A stretch of DNA of 64,000 nucleotides, taken from positions 896,001-960,000 of the forward strand of contig CAWHBU010000002.1 of assembly GCA_963827685.1 (NCBI GenBank), written 5' to 3'. The translations under genes were made by a program, and so were the position numbers. Positions 39,381-49,652 of this stretch are shown in pieces; within the stretch, counting starts at the first letter, position 1, and the number at the start of each line of letters is the position of its first letter. Source of the stretch: an uncultured delta proteobacterium (GTDB lineage: Bacteria > Desulfobacterota > BSN033 > UBA1163). The notes below the pieces were generated by a model. The model was not told the DNA's origin, ran no database searches, and saw only the letters and a program-made list of their open reading frames with translations.

Positions 39381-40622
39381 ATGGGACCAATCACTCTATT
39401 TGATAAATCATTTCTTCAGTCATTAAGCTTGGATGAAGCTGTTTTTTTCGATCATTTCTTTTACTCAAACATCTGCCCAATTTTTTTCGTCGAAACGTTA
39501 GCCGATCTGGGTAAAGTAGTACGCGAAGGACGAACCCCGGAAGAAGAAGTTAGTATCATAGCCGACAAAACTCCCGAGATGAGTGGGAACGTAAATGTCT
39601 TTCATGGACAGATATGTATCGCCGATCTGTTAGGGCATCCACCCGCGATGTCAGGTCAGATTGTGATTCCAGGAGGGCGTCCGGTCCGCCATGGTAATCA
39701 ATCTGGTGTTGTTTTCGAGGAAGCTCCTGAAGTGATGGCTCTAAGAAGGTGGCAAGAGCACAAATTTGGAGAAGTTGAACGGGGTTTCGCACGCGTTTGG
39801 CGGGAGATGCTTAGCTCGATTGATACTGACAAGTTAGCGCGCGGTTTGAGGGAATTGGGATTAAGGCTCGGACATTGTAAAACGCTGAAGGATGCGAAAA
39901 ATATCGCAGACAAAATGATAATTGCTCGCAATAACCCCAGCGATCGAATCAAAATGACTTTTTGGCTGTTGAGTATCCCTGGACGTTTCCAAAAGGATAT
40001 ATTGCTTCGATGGAGGTTAGAAGAACAACCGCCGCTTATCGACTTTGCTCCATATGCCTCTTTTGTGCTATCTGTGCAAATCTTTTTTCACATTGCCCGT
40101 GCTGCTAACCTCATTTCTAAAAAACCATCAACTATTATGGACATCTCGTATCTCTTTTACCTCCCCTTTTGCATGGTTTTCACCTCCTCTGATAGGCTGC
40201 ATGAAAGGTGTGCGCCACTATTCTTACGATGCGATCAGGAATTTATTGCCGGAAAGGATTTGAAGATTGATCTAAATCGCATTGTGGACCACTTTGACGT
40301 ATTGCCTGAAGCTGAAAAGGAAAAGGGGCTCAATGCTTTTGCAGGAGGACCACCAGTTGAGGGAGATTTTCTCACCGCCAGGCTCTGGGATCGTTATTTA
40401 CCAAAGTGGCGCAATGTCTCAACCGTTCCCGTTCCACGAGATCCTAAAGAAGATGAATATCTGGTTGGATATGTTAAGAGTTTTGCAGAGGCCCCCACAG
40501 TCAGACCAGAGGAAATCGATTTTGACCTTGAGAATCCTGACTCTGTTGTTGTGGAGCGTAGGGTTATGAAGCGCCGAGGGAAATGGTGGCAGTTGCCTAA
40601 AGATTTACGCGATGAGGATTAG
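39381..40622 (+). CDS. Hypothetical protein, possibly PIN-like
   Basis: 413-aa ORF; ITLFDKSF, ETLADL, DISYLFYLPFCMVFTSSD. Confidence 0.7.
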   Translation: MGPITLFDKSFLQSLSLDEAVFFDHFFYSNICPIFFVETLADLGKVVREGRTPEEEVSIIADKTPEMSGNVNVFHGQICIADLLGHPPAMSGQIVIPGGRPVRHGNQSGVVFEEAPEVMALRRWQEHKFGEVERGFARVWREMLSSIDTDKLARGLRELGLRLGHCKTLKDAKNIADKMIIARNNPSDRIKMTFWLLSIPGRFQKDILLRWRLEEQPPLIDFAPYASFVLSVQIFFHIARAANLISKKPSTIMDISYLFYLPFCMVFTSSDRLHERCAPLFLRCDQEFIAGKDLKIDLNRIVDHFDVLPEAEKEKGLNAFAGGPPVEGDFLTARLWDRYLPKWRNVSTVPVPRDPKEDEYLVGYVKSFAEAPTVRPEEIDFDLENPDSVVVERRVMKRRGKWWQLPKDLRDED

Positions 40623-40767
40623 GCAGATTCAATATTCAATTGTCAAAGAGCAAAAGGGCCTCAGATCTCTTAATCGACCAAAGACTAAATATCCTTTATC
40701 CTCTCTCCCTCAACCATTTCCCTATTTCCTCTAATCTACCCACTCTTCCAATCTCTTTTGTAGAGAC

Positions 40768-41067
40768 TTGTCCCCCCTCCTTGGTGAAAGACCCCCGTTT
40801 GGTGATTATGCCACGTTTGGCTCTATCACGTTTATCACTGCGAATATGTTATGGCTTCTCTGGGAAATCTATTATCAAAAAATAAGGTTGGAGCGAGTCA
40901 AACGGTGTCACCAATGTAAGAAATGGTTTGTGGATAGGACACGAAACAGACAAAAGGAACGCTGCTCCCCCGGTTGTACCTGGAAATCGTGGTCGTGGGG
41001 AAGAAGGAAGGAAAAAGGACACAAGCTATCCAAAGTAAAAATAAAGAGAAGAAGAAAGAAGGGCTAA
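40768..41067 (+). pseudogene. CGNR-type zinc-finger protein fragment
   Basis: KRCHQCKKWFVDRTRNRQKERCSPGC; no convincing N-terminus. Confidence 0.5.
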
Positions 41068-41115
41068 TCATGAATCTAGGAAAGAATATCTGATATGCTT
41101 TTTGACGAGGGAATA

Positions 41116-41562
41116 TTAAGGCTTCCTTAGCCCACTAATACCGATTTTATTTAGGCTTGTATGGATATCCAATAGAATCCTTGGTGAGTAAAATCGAGAC
41201 CTCAAGATAGCCCCGTAAATTGTCTTCAGGGTTTGCTTATCTAATTCACCCCTTATTTCGATATCACTGTTGGATTCTAATGTTCCCTCTGGTAGAGAAT
41301 AAGGACGTTCGTCGAAATCCAAAATACAATCTTCATCGAAGCAAGGATACTTCTTCTTCTCGAAACTGAAAATACGATGTGACTCCCTTGCCCCTCCAAG
41401 TTTGAAATCATCCACTGAAGTGGTGGTTGTGCAGATATGAATAAGTATAGGGCAAGACAACAAACCCGTATCACCTAAACAAATAAACCATCTTGGCTTT
41501 ATTTTAATACCAATCTTTGGATAAGGGAAATTATTCCATTTAAATATTGTGCCAGGTTTCAA
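41116..41562 (-). CDS. Putative toxin (PemK/MazF-like topology)
   Basis: MKPGTIF..KPRWFICL..ICTTTT; TTGA-coupled to the upstream antitoxin. Confidence 0.55.
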   Translation of the reverse strand: MKPGTIFKWNNFPYPKIGIKIKPRWFICLGDTGLLSCPILIHICTTTTSVDDFKLGGARESHRIFSFEKKKYPCFDEDCILDFDERPYSLPEGTLESNSDIEIRGELDKQTLKTIYGAILRSRFYSPRILLDIHTSLNKIGISGLRKP

Positions 41563-42125
41563 GTTGAAGCTTCTTCGATGGATTTGTAGATCAGGAAGCT
41601 TTCTTCTGCGGGCTTTAACTCTTTTGGGTCTTTAAGTTTAATATCCTCATCGAACTGCATCTCATACTCTATGATGCTGTTTTCCTTCTTCTTGTAGGCT
41701 ATTCTCCATGCCTTAATATCTTGGTGGCTGGCTTCGCTTATGTCAGATGTCTTAACGAAAGTGTCAGCATATATTTCAATCAATTCAGACATCTTCTTAA
41801 CTTCATAAGGAGAGAAATACTCTAAATTTGGGCGCCCCTTTGCGATAATAATAAACTTGTTTTCTTCCAATTCCCTAAAATCAAAGCATTCGCTCTTTAA
41901 GGTTTTTCTGTTACTATATATCTCAATAGGTACCGGCCCTTTTCCCATGGCAAGATATTTAAGACCTAACGCGGGATGACCCGTCTCTTCTAAACTCTTG
42001 AAATCCAGGAACGCAAGGTATTTGTATAGAAAGGTCTGAGCAAGAGGCTTCCCTGTGCTTTCCCTGTGCTTGAGGGCAAAAAAGCAAATTGCGTTTTCAA
42101 CCTTTTCCTTTTGATAAGCTATCAA
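41559..42125 (-). CDS. Panacea/SocA (DUF4065)-domain antitoxin
   Basis: LYKYLAFLDF, YLAMGKGPVP, ISEASH..AW. Confidence 0.8.
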   Translation of the reverse strand: MIAYQKEKVENAICFFALKHRESTGKPLAQTFLYKYLAFLDFKSLEETGHPALGLKYLAMGKGPVPIEIYSNRKTLKSECFDFRELEENKFIIIAKGRPNLEYFSPYEVKKMSELIEIYADTFVKTSDISEASHQDIKAWRIAYKKKENSIIEYEMQFDEDIKLKDPKELKPAEESFLIYKSIEEAST

Positions 42126-42756
42126 CTTGTGTTTACCTCCTCTTGATTAAGAAATATTACGGTCAACTCAATTTGTCAAGCAATTTCCGTACCGTCTTGC
42201 AAGAAAAACACAACTTATTAATAACAATAATATTTTCCTAAAGTAAGAAATCCTTTTTCTGGATATAAGGTAAAAATTTTTCAATAAATGAGCGATTTTG
42301 GGCCGTCTTTTCCAAATCCTGATTATAATACCGACAATATAGCGGATTTTTTTGAAGTCAGAACTTCCTTCTTTAAAGTCCGAGATCAAGTCACAAAATG
42401 ACTTGCCATCCTAATTTGACAATATGAAATTTCAAGAATCTTCCCACCCTTTTCTCGTTCCGCCTGTTGTAAACTTGTTGTGAAAATTGATGTGACTCCA
42501 GCGTGAAAATCAGTGTTTTTCTGTGATGCAGAGTGATATTTCAATTTGGTCTCTTCTCCAATGCTATTAAGAACTTTACTTTAATTTAAAGATGTTAGAG
42601 CGTTGGCCCTGATCGACTCCGGAGACCAACGCTCTATCCAACTGAGCTAATCGCCCGGCTTCGAATTCTATTTATCACAATTTGATAGAAACTGCCAATT
42701 TTTCTGCACAAGCATCGAGTTTGGGGTCATAGACTTCCATTTGAATGCCCATGCTC

Positions 42757-42966
42757 CTATCTCCTGAGTGATCCGCCTTCATTTTTCTCATATTTTCCCC
42801 AGGTTCTCAAACTTTCCTGCGATGTCAGAATTTGATGATTACCCTGCTCTTCTCTCAACACTACCCAATCACCATCAAGGACAACTTCTGATACCACATA
42901 AATATTCTTACTATCTGGCTTGATAAATCGATCACCCTTCTCAGCCTTCTCCACATTCAACTCCAA
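42757..42966 (-). CDS. Small hypothetical protein
   Basis: 69-aa ORF with SH3-like beta pattern; no firm motif. Confidence 0.45.
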   Translation of the reverse strand: MELNVEKAEKGDRFIKPDSKNIYVVSEVVLDGDWVVLREEQGNHQILTSQESLRTWGKYEKNEGGSLRR

Positions 42967-43120
42967 TGAGTTTATCCTGGAAGACCCCTCACAGAATTCT
43001 TTAGATGAGTACCGAACAGAGAAACCAGATAAAAGAGAAGATAGTGGCCCATTTCAAAAAGCCTAAATCCTAATCCATCGGCCTTCTCGATATCAATCTC
43101 AAGCTAAAAAATGTATCGTT

Positions 43121-43366
43121 TTACTTTAATATATCTTGTAATTCTCCCAGGCTTCTATAAAGCTCTTTCGCAATTTCTAACGATGCGAAGATTAGATATA
43201 GTGTGTAAATCATGACAAGGACGGTCAGTACTATCTTTAATGTCTTGCTAAACTTAGGACTTTTATAAAGCAGTGGCAGCCCAAAGGGTCCTAATACAAA
43301 AAATAAAAGAAGAACCACACTGATCGGTCTCAAATACCATTTAATTTTTCTATCTTCTTCGCGCAT
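43121..43366 (-). CDS. Small membrane protein
   Basis: WYLRP..LLLFFVLGPFGLPLLYKSPKF. Confidence 0.7.
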   Translation of the reverse strand: MREEDRKIKWYLRPISVVLLLFFVLGPFGLPLLYKSPKFSKTLKIVLTVLVMIYTLYLIFASLEIAKELYRSLGELQDILK

Positions 43367-43464
43367 TTTATATCGTCAGGACACCTTCTCTCCACACTCT
43401 CACAGCATCAGCCTCTTCGACTATGCTCTCAAAATCAACCCCCCCTTTTAGGTTTGGACTCGTA

Positions 43465-43791
43465 TCAGGCATGGCCTTCACTTCCTCCAACAATGCCGGA
43501 AGCGGCTTCATTGGCTTTCTGAATGAGCCATTCCCCTAAGGAGCGTGCAATATCAGGACGAACCACCACACCAATTTGGGACTCACGGACATGAACTTGA
43601 CCCTCTCTGGTTATCTCCACAGGGGGCCGGCCAGGTTCGACTTTGATCTGGACCGATTCAGGAATTTCCAATTTCTCAACAAATAGATCAAAAATTATTT
43701 CTCCCTGGGGGTTTACACCCCCCCATGCGCCCGTAACAGGGATGATTCTATAATCCCGTGCCTTCTTAAAAGCAATTTTAATTTCCGGCAT
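43465..43791 (-). CDS. Hypothetical protein
   Basis: AGGAGG RBS; VTGAWGGVNPQGEIIFDLFVE. Confidence 0.7.
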   Translation of the reverse strand: MPEIKIAFKKARDYRIIPVTGAWGGVNPQGEIIFDLFVEKLEIPESVQIKVEPGRPPVEITREGQVHVRESQIGVVVRPDIARSLGEWLIQKANEAASGIVGGSEGHA

Positions 43792-44356
43792 TTTTCTCCT
43801 CCTTGATTGCCCAAAAAATGTGATTGAACACGATTGGGCCACCGAACAAAAATGATGCCACCCTATCTAAGGTTAGAATTTAATAACCGATGGCTTCCAT
43901 CTCAATTGGAGTGTATTAAATTATGAACAGGGTGTCAATAGGAATTGAAATGGGGATTCCAATTTCCCGCACTTATTGGCATCCACTCCATAGGGCTTGG
44001 AATGAGCGACAAATATGTAGAAGCCGGGATGGGCTCAACTGAAGCCAGAGACAAAACGGCCTGTCATCACTCAAGTATTTGCCACAGACAACCCGAGACG
44101 TTCATCAGCACAATGCCATTGGCCACCCTTTTCGGGCTCCTCAAGCTCTCGAGAGGTCGGAGGTACGAATTCCCTTGCTATTCGCCCAGCGATAATGTAT
44201 AGTAAAGTCAAATTTAGTTGTAAAGAGCTTATGATCGTTCCAAAAGGGGGAAAGCCGCAAAGAACTCTAAGGAACTTCTTTGCGGTTTTCTAATTAAGCG
44301 TTGATTCCTTCCTTGTCCGACGGAACCCTTCACCGTGATTCATTAAAATAAATCTA

Positions 44357-46015
44357 ATGCGAAGAAATTGGAAAAAGGAGAGAGGTTTGGGAGACCAGGT
44401 TTCAGACAAATCTTACCTATTTGAGCCAACCGAAGATCCCATCATCCTATCCGATGAGTTGGATATGGATATATTCGTCGAGCTACCTGTCATCGAAGCA
44501 CAGAATGAAAATGTCCAAACAGCGGAGGAGGAAGCTGCTGAAGTCGGATACGTGGGGCTTCCTGGAAAAGCGATCGATCCTGTCCGGATCTACCTGAAAG
44601 AGATGGGATCATTTCCGCTATTGACTCGTGAGGGGGAGGTGGAGGTGGCGAAGAGGATCGAAAGCGGACAGCAGGAGGTCCTCAGTGTGGTGCTCAGCTG
44701 CCCTGTTTCGATCAGGGAGATCGTCAACCTTGGAAAAGCTCTCCGAACCGGAAGAATCAAGATCAGTCAGGTCACCAATGAGATCGACGATGAGGAAACG
44801 AATATCAAGGCAGAAAGGCTTCAAGAAACAAGGATTCTCCGCCTCATCGATAAAATCCGGAGGGGAGGAAATAAAATTCAACTTCTTCAAAAGAGGTTGA
44901 AGGGCATGAAAAGGAAGTCCTCTAAAAAGAAGATTGAGGGAGAGATTATTAAGAAACAGGCTGACATACTCAATGCTTTTAGACGGATCAACTTAAGAGG
45001 AGAACAGATCGGCAAGATCATTCTGCGGCTAAAGCAGCTCGACATTCAGATGGAAAGGGCCAAACAGGAGGTAAGGAAAATTGGCTCAGACTTAGGGATT
45101 TCAATCCAAGGGACTAAAAAATCTCTGAAGATGGAGAAGGTGAGCCTGAAGCGAAAAGATCTGGAGGAGATGAACAGGATCGTCCGTAATTCCAAACGTA
45201 GAATAAGCAGGATGGAGTCGGAATGTGGCCTCTCTTCGGAGCGGCTCAAAGAGGCGCTGAGAGCGATTGAGAAAGGAGAAACCAAGATCAAGGAGGCGAA
45301 AGCTGAATTGATCAAGGCCAATCTGAGATTAGTCATCTCCATTGCCAAGAGATATTTGAATCGAGGACTCCAATTTCTGGATTTGATTCAAGAGGGGAAT
45401 ATTGGGTTAATGAGGGCAGTTGAAAAGTTCGAATACCAAAGGGGCTATAAGTTCGGTACCTATGCCACCTGGTGGGTTCGTCAGGCCATCACCCGCGCCA
45501 TCGCTGACCAAGCCCGGACCATACGCATCCCAGTCCATATGATCGAGATCATCAACAAGCTGAACCGGACCTCTCGATCTCTGGTTCAGCAGATGGGGAG
45601 GGAACCTACCCTGGAGGAGATCGCCGAAAGAATGGGAGTCCCCCTGCATCACGTTCAGAAGATTCTCAAGGTCAGTAAAAAAACCATCTCCCTTGAAACC
45701 CCTGTCGGCGAGGAGGAGGATGGCCGCCTGGAGGATTTTATCGAGGATAAGGGATCCATTTCCCCTCAGGATGCCGCCATCATTTCCAATCTCGCCAAAC
45801 AGACTCAGACTGTACTCTCAACCTTGGATAAGCGCGAGGAAAAGATTCTAAGGATGCGCTTTGGGATTGGGGAGAAACACGACCATACTCTGGAGGAGGT
45901 GGGACAGGACTTTAATGTAACACGGGAGCGGATCCGGCAGATTGAGGAGAAGGCACTGAGGAAATTAAAACATCCCAGTCGATCGGAAAAACTGAAGAGT
46001 TTTGTCGAATATTAA
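44357..46015 (+). CDS. RpoD-like sigma-70 factor lacking a typical region 1.1
   Basis: [54 protein letters not shown]. Confidence 0.92.
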   Translation: MRRNWKKERGLGDQVSDKSYLFEPTEDPIILSDELDMDIFVELPVIEAQNENVQTAEEEAAEVGYVGLPGKAIDPVRIYLKEMGSFPLLTREGEVEVAKRIESGQQEVLSVVLSCPVSIREIVNLGKALRTGRIKISQVTNEIDDEETNIKAERLQETRILRLIDKIRRGGNKIQLLQKRLKGMKRKSSKKKIEGEIIKKQADILNAFRRINLRGEQIGKIILRLKQLDIQMERAKQEVRKIGSDLGISIQGTKKSLKMEKVSLKRKDLEEMNRIVRNSKRRISRMESECGLSSERLKEALRAIEKGETKIKEAKAELIKANLRLVISIAKRYLNRGLQFLDLIQEGNIGLMRAVEKFEYQRGYKFGTYATWWVRQAITRAIADQARTIRIPVHMIEIINKLNRTSRSLVQQMGREPTLEEIAERMGVPLHHVQKILKVSKKTISLETPVGEEEDGRLEDFIEDKGSISPQDAAIISNLAKQTQTVLSTLDKREEKILRMRFGIGEKHDHTLEEVGQDFNVTRERIRQIEEKALRKLKHPSRSEKLKSFVEY

Positions 46016-46029
46016 AAAGGAGAGAGACG

Positions 46030-46350
46030 ATGAACATTTATGTGGGAAATCTATCATTCGACGTGAAAGAGGAAAATCTTCAAACAGCCTTTGAAGCCTT
46101 CGGGCAGGTCAGCTCAGCGACGATCGTGAGAGATAAGTATAGTGGCCAACCTCGGGGTTTTGGCTTCGTCGAAATGCCAGATCAGAATGAGGCTCGCACG
46201 GCGATTGCGAACCTGAATGGAAAAGAGCTCCTGGGTCGCCAGATGAATGTGAATGAAGCTCGTCCTCGCCCTAACCGAGGAGGATCCGGAGGTTATGGGG
46301 GTCGAGGGGGAAGATCCAATTATGGTGGCGGTGGCAGGGGCCGTTATTAA
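46030..46350 (+). CDS. RRM RNA-binding protein with Gly-rich tail
   Basis: IYVGNL (RNP2), RGFGFVEM (RNP1). Confidence 0.95.
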   Translation: MNIYVGNLSFDVKEENLQTAFEAFGQVSSATIVRDKYSGQPRGFGFVEMPDQNEARTAIANLNGKELLGRQMNVNEARPRPNRGGSGGYGGRGGRSNYGGGGRGRY

Positions 46351-46653
46351 AATCGGCGCAAAGCCTCTGAGCGGTGAAATGTGTGGGTTCGTTTCGTTTC
46401 ACTAAGAAGTTTTATGCTCAGAGCCACCTTTCTTATTTCAATAGATCTCAGTGGAGCCACGCGGCTAAAGCCATGGCCCGTCCACCGGTTCCGGTGGGCG
46501 AAACCCGCTGAAGCGAACTCTCCTTTGTTAAGGCTACGGAGGGTAATCCGTCCTAACGGTTTCATCCGTGGGTAAATTCGTGCCTGCATATTCAAGTGCG
46601 TTACCACAAGCAGGCGTCGCCTTCTGCAAAGGCGGGCAAAAGAAGGGAGCAGG

Positions 46654-46818
46654 ATGCAAAGAAGAAGGCATGGGAGGATGCGTGTTTCAAGATCCCACCG
46701 TTCAAGCCGCCCAAAATCTTACAAAACGAATTGTGCGGGTTGTGGTAAAGAGGTCATCCTTCAAGTGCCACCCCTTGAGGGCAAAAAACTGATGTGTCTG
46801 GAGTGCTTCAAAAAATAA
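46654..46818 (+). CDS. CxxC-x17-CxxC zinc-ribbon protein, 54 aa, absent from the ORF track
   Basis: MQRRRHGR...CAGCGKEVILQVPPLEGKKLMCLECFKK. Confidence 0.75.
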   Translation: MQRRRHGRMRVSRSHRSSRPKSYKTNCAGCGKEVILQVPPLEGKKLMCLECFKK

Positions 46819-46863
46819 TCTTCTCCGCCACTTCTGCAATTGCAATCCAAAACTCAAAATGTT

Positions 46864-47301
46864 TTAAACCGGTTCAAGGATGATTGTAACCTTACCGTCA
46901 GGAAGAATCTGCGGTGAGGCTCTCATCTTCGTCCCAACTTTAATCTTTTTCAGATCCACCTTTGGGATCCAGCCCATCACTCTCAATCCACCCTCAACCT
47001 CCAGGAGTCCAATGGGGCAGGGCTCAAATGCAACAGTCGAAAAAGGCATGAGAGGCTGCCGCATTGCAAAATGCTCGGGTGGAACGAAAATCTTTGTAAA
47101 AGTAACAAGGGTTCCTTCCCCCTTCAACGGTCTCCACTCCATATCGCTGGACATACATTCTGAACAATCCGCCTGCGGCGGATAGTATCTCTTCCCGCAT
47201 TTTTTGCAGAGCGTTGACATAATCTTCCCTGCTGCAAGATCCTCCGCAAATCGAGCCACTTTTGTCTGTGAAATAGTTAAGGAGAAATTCTTGAAATCCA
47301 T
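46864..47301 (-). CDS. Zn-ribbon/OB-fold protein (DUF35)
   Basis: CKKCG..YPP..DCSEC, GTLVTFT; next to thiolase. Confidence 0.9.
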   Translation of the reverse strand: MDFKNFSLTISQTKVARFAEDLAAGKIMSTLCKKCGKRYYPPQADCSECMSSDMEWRPLKGEGTLVTFTKIFVPPEHFAMRQPLMPFSTVAFEPCPIGLLEVEGGLRVMGWIPKVDLKKIKVGTKMRASPQILPDGKVTIILEPV

Positions 47302-47302
47302 T

Positions 47303-48460
47303 CTACTCCCTCCTGAAGATATGGACAGCGACCACCTGTCCGGTTCCGCCGACGTTGTGAGTAAGGCCAATCTCAGCATTTTTCACCTGTCTCTCGCCCG
47401 CCTCCCCCCTCAACTGTTTCGTAATCTCAATAGCCATGGAAACCCCTGTGGCCCCGAGGGGATGGCCTTTCGATTTCAATCCCCCATCTACATTGACCGG
47501 AATCTTTCCTCCCACATAGGTCTCCTTCTCCTGAATCAGTTTTCCGCCTTCCCCTTTTTCACAGAAACCAAGGTCCTCATAAGCCACAATCTCCGCAATG
47601 GTAAAACAGTCATGGACCGTTGCGACATGAATATTGGACGGCCCCACTCCTGCCATCTGGTAAGCTATCCTTGCCGCTTCCCGGGTTGAAAGAATCGAGG
47701 TTAAACTTTTTCGGTCACCGATCCTCATCGTATCGGTCGCCAGACCAAGCCCCGCGATCCAGACCGGCTTTTTTGACAGGGCTCTTACTTTCTCTTCAGA
47801 AGCAAGAAGCACCGCAGCCGCCCCATCCGTAATAAGACTGCAATCGAAAAGTTTCAACGGATGAGCCACCGTGAATGAAGTGAGGGCTTTATCCAGGGTA
47901 ATCGGTTTCTGCATATGGGCATAAGGGTTAAGGCTTCCATAATAGTGATTCTTCACCGCGACCATAGCGAGCTGTTCTTCCGTCGTACCAAATTCAGCCA
48001 TATGGGCATTGGCAATCATCGCATAGTAACCCGGGAAAGTCGTACCAAATGGATATTCCCAAGTCGCGTCCCCTCCTCTGCCCATGATGTCTGTTGCCAC
48101 GCCGGTCGGGACTTCGGTCATCTTCTCCACGCCAACGACCAGAACGAGGTCGGCGAGGCCCGATGCGACATTCATCCATCCTGTTCTCAAAGCCATGCTC
48201 CCTGTGGCACAGGCTCCTTCCACACGGAAATTGGGTTTCGGGCAAAAACCGATATAGTCATGAACCTGTGCAGAGGGCTGTAGGGCCATGGAGAATTCAT
48301 CTCCTGCAATGCCTGTGACCATGCTTTCCACTTCTTTTAAGCCCACCCCTGCATCATCAAGGCATGCCTTGACGGCCTCAAAGGTCAATTCTCGAAGAGA
48401 GGCATCCGATCTCACTCCAAACTTTCCATGACCGATTCCAATGATAGCCACCTTTTTCAT
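47303..48460 (-). CDS. Thiolase-family protein (SCP2/archaeal type)
   Basis: EGACATG, HDCFT, GHPLGATG, HNVGG. Confidence 0.93.
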   Translation of the reverse strand: MKKVAIIGIGHGKFGVRSDASLRELTFEAVKACLDDAGVGLKEVESMVTGIAGDEFSMALQPSAQVHDYIGFCPKPNFRVEGACATGSMALRTGWMNVASGLADLVLVVGVEKMTEVPTGVATDIMGRGGDATWEYPFGTTFPGYYAMIANAHMAEFGTTEEQLAMVAVKNHYYGSLNPYAHMQKPITLDKALTSFTVAHPLKLFDCSLITDGAAAVLLASEEKVRALSKKPVWIAGLGLATDTMRIGDRKSLTSILSTREAARIAYQMAGVGPSNIHVATVHDCFTIAEIVAYEDLGFCEKGEGGKLIQEKETYVGGKIPVNVDGGLKSKGHPLGATGVSMAIEITKQLRGEAGERQVKNAEIGLTHNVGGTGQVVAVHIFRRE

Positions 48461-48468
48461 ATCCTTAC

Positions 48469-49623
48469 CTATCCTCTCTTTCCAATCACGGAGCTTGCAA
48501 TCGTATTTTTTTGAATCTCTCTTGTGCCTTCATAAATCTCGGTGATCCTTGCATCCCGATAGAACCGTTCCACTTCGTATTCTAACATATAGCCATAACC
48601 GCCATGAATCTGAATGGCCTCTTGCGCCACTTCCACGGCCACCCTTCCCGCAACCATCTTGGCCATGGAGGTCCATTTCGGCTCGATTCTGCCCTGGTCA
48701 AAATTCCAGCCTGCCTTATAGACCAGACATCTGGCCGCTTCAATCATGGTTGCCATATCAGCCAATTTATGCTGGATGACTTGAAACGCTGCCAACTTCT
48801 GACCAAACTGTTCCCTTTTCTTGGCATAATCGAGTGCGCGATCAAAAGCACCCTGAGCAATTCCCAGCGCCTGAGCGGCCACCATCACCCTGCTCTCATC
48901 AAAGAATTCGATCACTTGATAAAAACCTTTGTGGAGATTTCCGATGAGATTCTCTTCTGGGACCCGGACTTGGTCAAAAGACATCTCGGTCGTGGAGGTC
49001 ATCTTGATACCCATCTTCTCTCCCAGTTCACTCACCTCGAATCCTTTGCTCCCCTTTTCAACGATGAAGGTGGATTGGCCTCGGTAGCTTGGCTTTACCT
49101 CCGGATCGCTCTGACAAAGGACGATGGCAAAATTGGCGATGCTTCCGTTGGAGATGAAGGTCTTCACCCCATTGATCAAATATCCATTCCCATCTTTGAC
49201 AGATGTTGTGCGGACTTGAGTGAGATCGCTCCCATGATCCGGTTCGGTAAAAGCACCCGCAGAAATGGCCTCTCCTCGTGTGATGGGAATCAGATATTTT
49301 CTCTTCTGAGCCTCGTTTCCAAACCTCAAAATGATCTCCGAAGAGAAGTTAGCAATGCTCAGGCAAATTCCAACCCCTGAATCCCTTCTGCAGAAGGCTT
49401 CAACGATTAAGGCGTTTTCAAGGATTCCATATCCCTGCCCACCATAGGCCTCCGGGTAATGAATCCCGATAAATCCAAGCTGACACGCCTTCTTCACAAT
49501 GGCAAAAGGATATTGATGATTTCTTTCAAGCCCTAAAATCGCCTCTTTGTCAAATTCTCCCTTGGCAAATTCCTCCGCGGCCTTCTGAATCCCTTTCTGT
49601 TCTTCACTCAAATCGAAATCCAT
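48469..49623 (-). CDS. Acyl-CoA dehydrogenase
   Basis: FTEPDHGSD, KTFISNG, REQFG, IYEGT. Confidence 0.95.
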   Translation of the reverse strand: MDFDLSEEQKGIQKAAEEFAKGEFDKEAILGLERNHQYPFAIVKKACQLGFIGIHYPEAYGGQGYGILENALIVEAFCRRDSGVGICLSIANFSSEIILRFGNEAQKRKYLIPITRGEAISAGAFTEPDHGSDLTQVRTTSVKDGNGYLINGVKTFISNGSIANFAIVLCQSDPEVKPSYRGQSTFIVEKGSKGFEVSELGEKMGIKMTSTTEMSFDQVRVPEENLIGNLHKGFYQVIEFFDESRVMVAAQALGIAQGAFDRALDYAKKREQFGQKLAAFQVIQHKLADMATMIEAARCLVYKAGWNFDQGRIEPKWTSMAKMVAGRVAVEVAQEAIQIHGGYGYMLEYEVERFYRDARITEIYEGTREIQKNTIASSVIGKRG

Positions 49624-49652
49624 GTTTCTTCTCCTTTACGTTTGCAGGGACC

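Larger units (their letters stand above)
36044..42656. mobile_element. Genomic island bounded by a 39-bp duplication of the tRNA-Arg 5' half
   Basis: 36044-36082 identical to 42618-42656; AT-rich cargo; no intact integrase seen. Confidence 0.85.

Noticed and set aside
42168-42600. Possible integrase at the island end
   Set aside because: No recombinase motif recognised; the 73-aa ORF looks like AT-rich noise
42618-42656. Second tRNA-Arg gene
   Set aside because: Only the 5' 39 nt are present; no T-arm or acceptor 3' strand, so treated as an att remnant
43945-44202. 85-aa ORF or RNA element upstream of the rpoD paralogue
   Set aside because: No RBS, protein motif or convincing helix set
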